Below, in pieces: positions 9,533 to 18,752 of a stretch of DNA of 64,000 bases. The notes beneath the pieces were generated by a model. The model was not told the origin of the DNA, did not search any database, and worked only from the letters and a program-made list of their open reading frames with translations. How positions within the stretch are numbered: position 1 is the first letter of the stretch; each line of letters begins with the position of its first letter. The stretch is taken from contig JAXLVB010000001.1 of assembly GCA_046329195.1 (NCBI GenBank), forward strand, positions 2,585,235 through 2,649,234. The letters run 5' to 3'. This DNA is from Spirosomataceae bacterium (GTDB lineage: Bacteria; Bacteroidota; Bacteroidia; Cytophagales; Spirosomataceae). A program made the position numbers and the translations under genes.

Positions 9533-10861
9533 TTATTTTACAATGGAAATCTCTACTTCTGCCGATGACTTCTGCCCCTTGATGTCGGTCAACTCATACT
9601 CAAACTTATCGGTACCAAGATAGCCTGCCTTCGGAAAATAAAAGATTCGTAAGTTCTCTGCCTTTACCAATCCCACATTGGCGGGGCTTTTGATCGTGAT
9701 TTCTTTGAGGTCGGTACATAACTTATCGTTGAGCCATACCACAATCTCCACGCTACCCGAAGGCGCTCCAAATAAGGCCGGATACGGTAAACTGGCCGAA
9801 ATCAACGCTTGGTCTTTGTTGGCCACTGGTTTACAGTTAGGGTCTGGTACGTCAACAATAGCCACAATCGCACCTGTTACGCAATTTTTCCCATCTTTAT
9901 CACACACTCGATATTCAAATGTTTCGGTACCCTTAAAAGTTGGCTTAGGTACATACAAAACTTTGTTGTCTTTGGTAATAGAAGCCCTGCCGTTTTGTGG
10001 GACTTTGCTGATACTAATAGGTATGCCTTTGTAGGCGTCACAGAGGTTGTCGTTTCGCAGTACATCTATGGTGATAGATGTATCTTTGAGTGCTTCGGTT
10101 CGTCGCCAGAGAAGGGCATCGGCAATGACGAGCGTTCGACAATCGGTCGGAGTCCCTTCCACAATCACCCGAACAGTAGCCAAGCGGCAGGTAGGTTTGT
10201 CACCAACCGTACAGACTCGATAGATCATCAAATCAGTACCTCTGAAACCAGTTTTTGGCGTATAAACCACCTTGTTTTTAATAATTTCAGCTTTGCCATT
10301 GGTGGGCTGTACTTCTATTCGGAGCGATGTAGAATCTAACGTAACATTACAAAAGCGGTCGTTGGCCAAGACTGGAATCGTTACGGCTACATTTTGTTGA
10401 GTTCGGGCAGCATCGTGCATCGCCCCTGCATTGCAAGGAATCCGACTAGCATCGGGGGTTACAATGAGCCGTACAGTGTCTCGGCGGCTGGTTGAGCCCG
10501 AACCCGTATTAGCATTGACCACATACGTAACGTCATCTTGTATATCTAGTGCCGTAGGGTCTGGAATAAACAAAAGAATCCCTTTGCTATCTATAAAAGT
10601 GAGGTCACCAAAAGTAGGTTGACTTTCTAACTTAAACGAACCCGCAGTGGTTAGGTTAGATTGCGCCAATACATCAATCGCCAACGGTTCATTGGGCAGA
10701 GTATAGTAATTATGGCTATCAAGTACTTTTGAAGACTCTCGAGCAGACGATACGGGTGGTACATCTTGCACAATAGTGTCGCAGGCCTGTATCAAAACAG
10801 ACATCAGTAAACCAGCTCCGTATGCGTATTTTTTAAAATTCATAAAAGTATACAACATCAA
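9533..10861 (-). CDS. Lipoprotein with about four repeated Ig/cadherin-like β-sandwich domains
   Basis: Lipoprotein-type signal ending …LIQAC. A recurring motif appears in each repeat: Y(V/T)PK(P/T)(T/G)F(K/R)GT(E/D)…(Y/E)(R/E)V(C/T)D. Confidence 0.55.
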   Translation of the reverse strand: MMLYTFMNFKKYAYGAGLLMSVLIQACDTIVQDVPPVSSARESSKVLDSHNYYTLPNEPLAIDVLAQSNLTTAGSFKLESQPTFGDLTFIDSKGILLFIPDPTALDIQDDVTYVVNANTGSGSTSRRDTVRLIVTPDASRIPCNAGAMHDAARTQQNVAVTIPVLANDRFCNVTLDSTSLRIEVQPTNGKAEIIKNKVVYTPKTGFRGTDLMIYRVCTVGDKPTCRLATVRVIVEGTPTDCRTLVIADALLWRRTEALKDTSITIDVLRNDNLCDAYKGIPISISKVPQNGRASITKDNKVLYVPKPTFKGTETFEYRVCDKDGKNCVTGAIVAIVDVPDPNCKPVANKDQALISASLPYPALFGAPSGSVEIVVWLNDKLCTDLKEITIKSPANVGLVKAENLRIFYFPKAGYLGTDKFEYELTDIKGQKSSAEVEISIVK

Positions 10862-11052
10862 GATAGACAGGCATTGCTATCAAAAGGTTGCATAAAAGAC
10901 CAATCGTTAAGGTTTATTCGGTGGTTTTTTATGGTAAAAAGCTAATAGACAGTCGTTTAGGTTTTATTGTGGTTCAGTAAATAATATGAATTACTTTTGC
11001 GAAAACTTTCTGTTAATGCAGCTCGGTTGGCCATATAAAATCAAGCAGATTC

Positions 11053-11496
11053 ATGGGAATTTTGGTGAGAGAAGGAACAATTGACGAAGTAGTTTCGACG
11101 TACCCTTTCATTCCTGAATTGGAAAATCCTTATCAAAAAGCTGATTACGAAAGTAGGTTGGCAGTATCGCCCAACCACTTGGTATTGGTGGCAGTGGAGG
11201 GCGAACGTGTAGTTGGCTTTAAAGTGGGCTATCAGCGTGATTATGACGGCAGCTTTTATTCATGGATGGGTGGGGTGTCTAACCAGCACCGTCGGTTGGG
11301 TATAGCCCAGCGGTTAGCCGATGCCATGGAAGATTGGTGTGTGTCAAAAGGGTATCATACCTTACGTTTCAAGACCCGAAATCGGCACAAGGCGATGTTG
11401 CGATTTGCACTGTCCAATGGGTTTAATCTGATTGGCGTAGAGCCTGCCGAGCAAGTAGAAGAAAGTCGAATTTGGTTAGAAAAACGACTAAGCTAA
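11053..11496 (+). CDS. GNAT family N-acetyltransferase
   Basis: 147 aa with acetyl-CoA binding motif QHRRLGIAQRL. Confidence 0.75.
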   Translation: MGILVREGTIDEVVSTYPFIPELENPYQKADYESRLAVSPNHLVLVAVEGERVVGFKVGYQRDYDGSFYSWMGGVSNQHRRLGIAQRLADAMEDWCVSKGYHTLRFKTRNRHKAMLRFALSNGFNLIGVEPAEQVEESRIWLEKRLS

Positions 11497-11506
11497 AGTT
11501 CACAGT

Positions 11507-12268
11507 ATGAGTGCATTATTGCTGAAACTACTATTGATTCCAACTGTTATTGGTGCTGTGACCTTAGCAAGCCGCCGATGGGGCGCTACAGTTGGTGGTT
11601 GGTTGTCGTCGTTGCCGTGGGTGGCTGGACCGATTTTGCTGTTTTTGACGTTAGAACAGGGTACAGATTTTGCCGCCCAAGCCGCTCTCAATGCCCTAGC
11701 TGTGGTGTTGGGATTGGTGGGTTTTTGTGTGGCCTATTTGCTGTTGGTGAGCCGATTTGGCTGGTTTATCTGTTCAGTTGCAGGTTTTGTTACCTATTTG
11801 TTGTTGGCAATGGTTATGAGCTGGGTAATGCCCCTCAACATTTGGCTTGTTTTTGGGATAGCTATTGGAAGTATTTATATGGCTATCAGGCTATTTCCAG
11901 TTGCTCAGGTCGCCACTGCTGTGGTCAAAGCCCCCCCTTTTGATATTCCGCTTCGGATGGTGGTTGCTACTGGATTTGTGGTTGTCGTAACCGTTTTAGC
12001 CCAGGTATTGGGTGTGCAATGGAGCGGATTACTCACGCCTTTTCCCGTAATGACCTCTATTTTAGCCATTTTTACCCATTATCAGCAAGGTCCTGAAGCT
12101 ACCATCCGAATCATCAGAGGTTTGGGGTATGGGTTGTTTGGATTTGCCACTTTCTTACTTGTAGTCTGTTTGATGCTCACACAGTTTTCGGTATTCGTAA
12201 CGTTTGCCGTGGCCTTTGTTGCAGCTATTTTGATAAATATGCTTACCTTTCGATGGATTCGGGCTTAA
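11507..12268 (+). CDS. Polytopic inner-membrane protein of unknown function
   Basis: 253 aa, strongly hydrophobic, with about 7 predicted TM segments. It starts 11 bp after the GNAT gene. Confidence 0.55.
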   Translation: MSALLLKLLLIPTVIGAVTLASRRWGATVGGWLSSLPWVAGPILLFLTLEQGTDFAAQAALNALAVVLGLVGFCVAYLLLVSRFGWFICSVAGFVTYLLLAMVMSWVMPLNIWLVFGIAIGSIYMAIRLFPVAQVATAVVKAPPFDIPLRMVVATGFVVVVTVLAQVLGVQWSGLLTPFPVMTSILAIFTHYQQGPEATIRIIRGLGYGLFGFATFLLVVCLMLTQFSVFVTFAVAFVAAILINMLTFRWIRA

Positions 12269-12457
12269 ACAGGCCCTACTAAATAAAACAATAGACTCAA
12301 GTTGCCAGTTGGGTAATAAGATAACAATCAAGTGTACTTAGGTAAAATCAAGCAATCGGCTGATTATCAGTGGTATGTTGTATTGTGTTTTGTTCTTTTT
12401 TGTTTCAACACCGTTTGTTTAACCATCTTTTTTATTTCATCTCTAAACTACCAACGT

Positions 12458-13282
12458 ATGTCATTTCAAGGAAAAACAGTGTTTATAACAGGGGCAACTC
12501 GTGGGATTGGCCACGCCATTGGGCTACGGCTTGCACAGGAGGGTGCTAATATTGTAATTGCAGCCAAGACTGTTCAGCCTCACCCTAAGCTCGAAGGGAC
12601 CATCTTTACTGCCGCCGAAGATATGGAAAAAGCAGGCGGAAAAGCCCTACCTGTGGTGGTAGATGTGCGTGACGAGTTGCAAGTAAAAGCCGCCGTAGAA
12701 CAGGCGGTTGAAAAATTTGGTGGGATTGACATATTGGTCAACAATGCCTCGGCTATTAGCCTGACCGGTACGCTCCAAACCGAAATGAAACGCTACGATT
12801 TGATGCACCAAATCAACACCCGTGGCACGTTTGTTTGTTCACAGGCTTGCTTGCCATATCTGCTCAAAGCCGAAAACCCGCACGTATTGAACCTATCGCC
12901 GCCACTCAATATGGAAACTCGGTGGTTTGCGCCCCATGTAGCCTACACGATGGCAAAGTTCGGAATGAGTTTGTGTGTACTGGGCATGGCTGGCGAGTTC
13001 AAAGGCAAAGTAGCCTTCAACGCCCTGTGGCCTCGGACGACCATTGCTACGGCAGCTGTCAACAATTTGTTGGGTGGCGACCACATGATGCGGCATTCTC
13101 GGACGCCCGAAATCATGGCTGATGCCGCCTACCACATTTTGAAACGGAATTTTAAAGAATGTACAGGCAATTTCTTTGTAGATGACGAAGTACTACACCA
13201 CGAAGGCATCACAGATTTAGAAAAATACAAAGTAACCCCCGGAATGCCAGACAAAGAGCTAATGCCCGACTTTTTTGTGTAG
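12458..13282 (+). CDS. SDR family oxidoreductase (HSDL2-like short-chain dehydrogenase)
   Basis: GKTVFITGATRGIGHAIG (TGxxxGxG) and Y…K active-site spacing. The upstream 42 codons of the ORF are hydrophobic or low-complexity and are probably not translated. Confidence 0.8.
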   Translation: MSFQGKTVFITGATRGIGHAIGLRLAQEGANIVIAAKTVQPHPKLEGTIFTAAEDMEKAGGKALPVVVDVRDELQVKAAVEQAVEKFGGIDILVNNASAISLTGTLQTEMKRYDLMHQINTRGTFVCSQACLPYLLKAENPHVLNLSPPLNMETRWFAPHVAYTMAKFGMSLCVLGMAGEFKGKVAFNALWPRTTIATAAVNNLLGGDHMMRHSRTPEIMADAAYHILKRNFKECTGNFFVDDEVLHHEGITDLEKYKVTPGMPDKELMPDFFV

Positions 13283-13371
13283 TTTTTTCAAACCTTATCT
13301 ACTTAGCGGATACGGGAAGTAAAATGCTATACAAACGTTTTGGCAAGCATTCACTAAGGCAAAAGTAAAAT

Positions 13372-13406
13372 CCACAAGGTTTTCAGAAACCTTGTGGGTT
13401 TAGAAG
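13372..13406. terminator. Hairpin CCACAAGGTTT/AAACCTTGTGG between convergent genes. Likely a bidirectional terminator.
   Basis: 11-bp inverted repeat, with GTTT downstream on the + strand and ATTTTAC downstream on the − strand. Confidence 0.4.
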
Positions 13407-13503
13407 AGTCGCTACCAGTAAGTCTTGATTCAAAAGAGGTTCTACTTTTAAACAGAAGTTAGTGATGAGAAACCTCTTTCCCTTGTTGTTAGTAGATAAC
13501 TGA

Positions 13504-14388
13504 CTACGCTTTCCGCTTGGTGTTTTCTCGGATGGATCGCTCGATTTCGTCCCACATTTCGTTAGGGACTTCTTCTAAGAAACTAAATTGACCTGCACCT
13601 TTGAGCCATTCGCCTCCATCAATGGTGATTTCTTGCCCGGTGATGTAGGCCGAGTAATCTGACATCAGGTAGGCGGCCAAATTGGCCAATTCTTGATGCT
13701 CGCCCACACGCCCCAGTGGGATGCGTTTCTCCATGTTGAACAAATGCTGCATAGGGGCTGGAAACAGACGGTCCCAAGCGCCCTTAGTAGGGAATGGTCC
13801 TGGAGCAATGGCGTTGAAACGGATGCTATGCCTGCCCCATTCTACAGCTAATGAGCGAGTTAGGTTAAACACTCCCGCTTTAGCAACAGCCGAGGGAACG
13901 GTATAGCCTGACCCCACGTAGGCATAGCTAGTGATGATACTGAGGACGGTTCCGGCTTGTTTTTGCTCAATCCAATGCTTGCCAACAGCCAAGGTGAAAT
14001 TAACAGTGCCTTGCAACACAATGCCAATGATACTCTCAAACGCCTTGTGCGAAAGCCGCTCCGTTGGGCTAATAAAATTCCCCGCAGCATTGTTAACCAG
14101 GCCATGTATAGACCCAAAACGGCTCAGCGTAGCCTCCAGTACTTGCATGACCTCTTCGTATTTGCGAACATCGCAGGGTACGGCAAGTACCTGACCGCCC
14201 GTTTCGGTCATAAGCTCTTGGGCAGTTGCCTCGATGACGTCAATTTTACGACTACAAATGACAACATTGGCGCCCAGTTGTAAGAAATAACGAGCCATAG
14301 ACTTCCCTAAGCCTGTGCCTCCTCCGGTCACGATGATGGTTTTACCCGAAAGCGCCCCGTCTTGGAGCATTCCTTGTGTATAAAGCAT
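13504..14388 (-). CDS. SDR-type 2,4-dienoyl-CoA reductase-like protein (DECR family)
   Basis: GKTIIVTGGGTGLGK, and NNAAGNF plus S…Y…K spacing typical of peroxisomal/mitochondrial dienoyl-CoA reductases. Confidence 0.8.
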   Translation of the reverse strand: MLYTQGMLQDGALSGKTIIVTGGGTGLGKSMARYFLQLGANVVICSRKIDVIEATAQELMTETGGQVLAVPCDVRKYEEVMQVLEATLSRFGSIHGLVNNAAGNFISPTERLSHKAFESIIGIVLQGTVNFTLAVGKHWIEQKQAGTVLSIITSYAYVGSGYTVPSAVAKAGVFNLTRSLAVEWGRHSIRFNAIAPGPFPTKGAWDRLFPAPMQHLFNMEKRIPLGRVGEHQELANLAAYLMSDYSAYITGQEITIDGGEWLKGAGQFSFLEEVPNEMWDEIERSIRENTKRKA

Positions 14389-14438
14389 GTGGCGTAAATG
14401 ATTTTGTGGTTTGTTTGAACAAACAGCAGGGTGATTAT

Positions 14439-15254
14439 TTAGTTTTCAAAGGTGGCTGGCTGCTTGGTCATGGATGCCTGAAAAGCGGCCATTAAGTCAG
14501 AAGAATAGAAAAAGGCGGCGTTCCAGTTGGCGATAAATTGCAGACTTTCAGCTACCGAGTGATCACGAGCATAGAGTAGATTTTGCTTCGTCCCTCGAAT
14601 CGAAAGTGGCGATTTGCTGGCAATCGTGGCGGCGATTTTCATAACTTCGTCGAGCATGGTGGCTTTGTCTGGAAATACCCGATTGACCAAGCCGCAGCGT
14701 TCGGCTTCAGTAGCACCGAGGTTGCGCCCCGTGTAAGCCAATTCTCGTACCAAGCCTTCCGAAATCAGCTTGGGCAAGCGTTGGAGTGTTCCTAAGTCGG
14801 CTACCATACCCATGTCAATTTCTTTGATGCAGAAATATGCATCGGCAGTACAATAGCGCATGTCAGTGGCAGTAACGATGTCCACGGCTCCACCAATACA
14901 ACCACCATGAATAGCCGATAGAATGGGTTTAGTGCATTGTTCGGCTGCATTGACAGTATTTTGGAGGTCGAGCAAAAACTTTCTGAATTTCTCCCGTTTG
15001 CGCCCCTCGCAAGGGTCTTGGGTTTTTTGTCCGGTGGACATGAGCATGGATAAATCAATCCCTGCCGAAAACAACTTGTCACCGGCTGCACTCAAGACCA
15101 CTACTCGTACTTCGGGGTTTTCGTGGCAGTGGAGTAGTGCATCACGGAGGTCTTCCCACGCTTGTTCATTGAGGGCATTCGCTTTTTCAGGGCGATTCAG
15201 CTCCAAATGCGCTATATGGTTATGGATGCTTAGGTTAAAATGTTGAAAAGCCAT
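14439..15254 (-). CDS. Enoyl-CoA hydratase/isomerase family protein (Δ3,5-Δ2,4-dienoyl-CoA isomerase, ECH1-like)
   Basis: Crotonase-fold motifs: LNRPEKANAL, VVVLSAAGDKLFSAGIDL, GGCIGGAVD. Confidence 0.8.
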   Translation of the reverse strand: MAFQHFNLSIHNHIAHLELNRPEKANALNEQAWEDLRDALLHCHENPEVRVVVLSAAGDKLFSAGIDLSMLMSTGQKTQDPCEGRKREKFRKFLLDLQNTVNAAEQCTKPILSAIHGGCIGGAVDIVTATDMRYCTADAYFCIKEIDMGMVADLGTLQRLPKLISEGLVRELAYTGRNLGATEAERCGLVNRVFPDKATMLDEVMKIAATIASKSPLSIRGTKQNLLYARDHSVAESLQFIANWNAAFFYSSDLMAAFQASMTKQPATFEN

Positions 15255-15324
15255 GGGTATGTTATTTTCAAATTATCTTTTGTTTGGTGTCCTCCAATCT
15301 AGTTCAAGTGCCATCTCCTATCCC

Positions 15325-16296
15325 CTACGGTCGAACTAAAATCTTACCCGTGCGGCCTTCTTGTTGGGCATGAATCACCGCTTCTTTGATTTGAGCCAAT
15401 GAGTACGTAGCCTCAACAGGCAGTTTGATTTCGCCACTTGCCAGTAGTTGTACCACATTGGTAAGGACTTCTTTGCGGGCTTCGGGCGAGGCTGTTTTCA
15501 TCCACGTAGTCAGCCAAAAACCCTTTAGCATGATTTCTTTAAAAATCATTACGCCAGCGTTAACTGGAATGTCCTCAACACTTAATGAGCCATAAATCAG
15601 CATTTTACCGCCACTGCTCAAGCAAGGCAACACCTGTGCGGCTGTTTTGCCAGCCACTGCCTCCAAAATACATTTTACTCCAGCACCTCCTGTGATGTCC
15701 TTCACACGGCGAGTCACGCTTTCTTGCGAAGTATCAATGATTTCGTCGGCTCCTAAGGCTTTGAGCTCTTCAATCATATCAGGGCGCCGGACAGTACCGA
15801 TGGTTTTAATGCCTTTCATTTTGCAGACCTGAATCACCATTTTTCCAAAGGCCGAACCCACTGCCGTGAGCATTAGCCATTCGCCTGGTGCTACGCCAGA
15901 GTCGAGTACCATAGCATAAGCCGTAAATGGATTGACAAACAACTGGGCGGCCACGTCGTCGGGCATGGAGGGTGGAATCGGTATGGCTGTTTTGGCTTGG
16001 GTGATGGCGTATTCGCCCCAAGTACCAATGCTTGTAAAACTAACCCGCTGTCCGATAGGCATCGTCACACCTTCGCCACAGGCATCCACAAGACCCACGC
16101 CTTCAAACCCAGCACCCGACGGGAAAACGGGTCGAATCCCATACAGATTTTGTACAAACATCACGTCGGAAGGATTAATGGGGGAGGCGATTACCTTCAC
16201 TCGAATCTCGCCTGCGGCAGGTTCTGGGGTTGGTATTTCAATAACTTCCAAAATGTCTTCTGGCTTGCCAGCGTGGTCAAATCGTGCAGCTTTCAT
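15325..16296 (-). CDS. Medium-chain dehydrogenase/reductase (quinone oxidoreductase / trans-2-enoyl-CoA reductase-like)
   Basis: MDR N-terminus (GEIRVKVIASPINPSDV) and NAD(P)-binding motif AVGSAFG. Confidence 0.8.
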   Translation of the reverse strand: MKAARFDHAGKPEDILEVIEIPTPEPAAGEIRVKVIASPINPSDVMFVQNLYGIRPVFPSGAGFEGVGLVDACGEGVTMPIGQRVSFTSIGTWGEYAITQAKTAIPIPPSMPDDVAAQLFVNPFTAYAMVLDSGVAPGEWLMLTAVGSAFGKMVIQVCKMKGIKTIGTVRRPDMIEELKALGADEIIDTSQESVTRRVKDITGGAGVKCILEAVAGKTAAQVLPCLSSGGKMLIYGSLSVEDIPVNAGVMIFKEIMLKGFWLTTWMKTASPEARKEVLTNVVQLLASGEIKLPVEATYSLAQIKEAVIHAQQEGRTGKILVRP

Positions 16297-16391
16297 GTGT
16301 TAAATAGTAAATATGGAATGATTTAAAAATGGAGTTGATGTGATTTGATAATCAAGGGTTTAAAAGGATTCAGTTAATACTCATAGGCTTT

Positions 16392-16419
16392 GTACTTTTT
16401 GTCTTGATACAAAAAGTAC
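16392..16419. promoter_or_regulatory. Perfect 11-bp-arm palindrome GTACTTTTTGT-N7-ACAAAAAGTAC, about 100 bp upstream of the β-oxidation-auxiliary operon start. It is not followed by a U-tract on either strand.
   Basis: Seen in the sequence; its position relative to the start of the 15325..16296 gene. Confidence 0.3.
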
Positions 16420-16590
16420 CAAAAAAATCAAGAAAATCCAATGCTTCCCTCCACAGCCTCACGCACCCCCGCTGGATTTTCAGCCCCCGCTCTTTTTTGT
16501 TTTTGTAAGTATTTGATTTTCAGATAACAGCAAGTCTAATGAACAAGTTTTTGAATTGATTACCTTAAAAGACAAGGTGATGTATGGGCA

Positions 16591-16660
16591 TAAAAAAAGT
16601 ATGCTTGCATACAAATTTGTGTAAAAATAATACAAATTTTATTATGCAAGCATACCATTT
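16591..16660 (-). terminator. Large imperfect hairpin (GTATGCTTGCATACAAATTT…AAATTTTATTATGCAAGCATAC) followed on the minus strand by T7. Intrinsic terminator of the DinB-like gene.
   Basis: About 22-bp inverted arms with a 12-nt loop, then a U-tract immediately 3' of stop codon 16673. Confidence 0.6.
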
Positions 16661-16672
16661 TGAATTTGCTTC

Positions 16673-17236
16673 TTATTTTTTTAGTGCATTCCAAATTTGG
16701 CGCTCATGGTGCCGAAAATGCGCATCCAGAAAGTCTAACATTTGAATCAGATTCAGCTTACCCGCTACCGGATGGCGAAACAAATCCCGCTCGGCGGCGC
16801 CTTCGGGCAACTCGTCGAGGAGAGCTTTGAGTTGCTGCCGAGTCTCTGTCCATTTTTCGGCTGTATGCGCCAATGTATCTGCTTCGGGCACGGAGGCTGT
16901 GGCAGGTGCTGCCTTTCGTTTCAAAAACGATGTAGCCAACCACACCTTCATCAGCCACGTTTTGAAGGCCGCTGAAAACCCTGTTTTTCGAGCCGAAGCC
17001 AGACCTAACACCTTCTTCCGTAGGTAATTAAGTGTATTAGCTTCTGACAAAATCAAGTGGTGCATCACCTGAATCGCCGACCATTTGTTAGGTTCGGGGC
17101 AGGTATTTAACGCCTGTTCGGGGTAGTCGGCAAGGCTCTGTACTAACGTGTTTCGCCGTTTTTCGGTACTATCAAAGAGTTGTTGTAGCTTAGGATCCAT
17201 GGGTTGTGTAGTGTTTAACCGAACGAAGATAGACAA
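16673..17236 (-). CDS. DinB/YfiT-like (DinB_2) four-helix-bundle metalloenzyme family protein
   Basis: 187 aa with conserved H…H spacing (VMHHLILSEANTL … HFRHHERQ). Confidence 0.65.
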   Translation of the reverse strand: MSIFVRLNTTQPMDPKLQQLFDSTEKRRNTLVQSLADYPEQALNTCPEPNKWSAIQVMHHLILSEANTLNYLRKKVLGLASARKTGFSAAFKTWLMKVWLATSFLKRKAAPATASVPEADTLAHTAEKWTETRQQLKALLDELPEGAAERDLFRHPVAGKLNLIQMLDFLDAHFRHHERQIWNALKK

Positions 17237-17269
17237 TTAAATCATTCAAAATCAGGTACTGTTGTGCTG

Positions 17270-17812
17270 TTACTCTTGACTCACCGCTGCTAGGCGTTGT
17301 TGCATAGACTTGTGGTGATGACTGGTGTGGAAGGCCGTAAAGTAGAGCATTTCTCGCACACTCATTTTGCCCATCACAGGGTGTGGTATGATGTACGTAT
17401 CTAGCTCTTGTTCAGTCCATTGATTATTCATAATGTTTAATAGCTGGGCATTACTTTGCTGAAACTGCGCAACCACAACAGCCTTGTCGGGATTGGTATC
17501 AATGACAGGAATAAAATTACCCGTTGCTTTTAGCCCCTGCTCCAGCACAGCTTCGTATTTTTTTACTACTTCTGCGTACGCTCGAAGCGGCCAGTTGACC
17601 GTTCCCCATTTTTCAACTAAGTATTCTTTGGGTTTGGTCATCAAATAAGCCACCGGCTGCACCGATTGGATCAGGTGTTGGACGTTTTCGGCTGCCGACC
17701 AGACATCTTGGTCAGGGCGTGCAAAAAAATGCTCGGAGCTGGCTTCTTGTGCAGTAGCCACCACCTGTGATACTGCACTAGTCAGTAAATCAGTGAGTTG
17801 AGTTTTGTCCAT
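17270..17812 (-). CDS. DinB-family protein (start placed at internal Met MDKTQL)
   Basis: Helical bundle with H-rich C-terminus (FHTSHHHKS). The upstream 34 codons overlap the preceding promoter region. Confidence 0.65.
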   Translation of the reverse strand: MDKTQLTDLLTSAVSQVVATAQEASSEHFFARPDQDVWSAAENVQHLIQSVQPVAYLMTKPKEYLVEKWGTVNWPLRAYAEVVKKYEAVLEQGLKATGNFIPVIDTNPDKAVVVAQFQQSNAQLLNIMNNQWTEQELDTYIIPHPVMGKMSVREMLYFTAFHTSHHHKSMQQRLAAVSQE

Positions 17813-17850
17813 GAGGTAAGTTTTTAGTTTTAAGGCATTCAGTAGGTACG

Positions 17851-18750
17851 TTAAGCACGAACGGCAAGATGGTGTTGAAGGAACAGGTCGAGTTCGGATA
17901 GGGCTTTGGTCCATAAGGTCGCTTTGAACGACTTACGGAAAAACCCAAAATGGTCAATGGACTTAACGCCCAACGACTGAGGGTTCATTTCCTCAATGGA
18001 TACACCTTTTTCACTCTTGACGTGTTTCCAAAACACCTCAACCGCTTGCCGATTGGCAATTTTATCGTCGGTAGCCCATAGTACTTTGATAGGGAATTTG
18101 ATGGCATGATACCACCCTTTGGCAGGCCCATCGTTGTAAAATTTGGGGTCGAAAAAATAATCAGGCACACTGCACCACGCTCGCCATTGATTGGTGATAC
18201 GAGCAGGGAGGTCTTCCATCAACCCAAATTGTTTGACAGCCGTGTAGCCATACAGCCAATGGGTAAGAGGCCGAACAATCTCAAAAAAGAAATGGGTACG
18301 CAGCCGATACCCCAAGGGCATAAATCCCCAATACCCCGACGACGACGCCACCGCCAGTAAGCCAATAGCCTGATTGACAGTAGGCATCAGGGCGAATTTC
18401 TGCCCCCCTACGCTATGCCCCATCAGGATAATGGGGAGCGAGGGAAATTGTTGTTGAAGAAAAGCCATAACGCCAGTCATATCTTTTTGAGCCCAATCTA
18501 AGTATTCAAAATCGCAATGCTTCAAGCCCGAAGCCGGTTTTGAGGCGCCGATACCTCGGTAGTCAAACAGGCAAACGGCGTAGCCCTCCGTAGCCAAAAA
18601 TTGGGCAAAGGCACTGTAGTATTCTTTCGGAACGGCAGTGGCTCCGTTGAGTTGAACAAGGGCTTTGGGTTGGTCGGGTACCAACAAGAGGCCGCCCAAG
18701 GGGTAGCCGTCGGTGGCAGGAATAGTAATTGGATTCGTGTTGTAATTCAT
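17851..18750 (-). CDS. α/β-hydrolase fold protein (start placed at MNYNTNPITIPATDGYPLGG)
   Basis: GHSVGG nucleophile elbow and α/β-hydrolase topology. The long ORF's N-terminal extension is hydrophobic junk. Confidence 0.8.
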   Translation of the reverse strand: MNYNTNPITIPATDGYPLGGLLLVPDQPKALVQLNGATAVPKEYYSAFAQFLATEGYAVCLFDYRGIGASKPASGLKHCDFEYLDWAQKDMTGVMAFLQQQFPSLPIILMGHSVGGQKFALMPTVNQAIGLLAVASSSGYWGFMPLGYRLRTHFFFEIVRPLTHWLYGYTAVKQFGLMEDLPARITNQWRAWCSVPDYFFDPKFYNDGPAKGWYHAIKFPIKVLWATDDKIANRQAVEVFWKHVKSEKGVSIEEMNPQSLGVKSIDHFGFFRKSFKATLWTKALSELDLFLQHHLAVRA

Positions 18751-18752
18751 TT

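Noticed and set aside
12332-12457. N-terminal 42-codon extension of the SDR ORF
   Set aside because: The extension is hydrophobic and low-complexity (…LCFVLFCFNTVCLTIFFISS), whereas a canonical SDR N-terminus begins at MSFQGKTVFITG. The start was moved to 12458.
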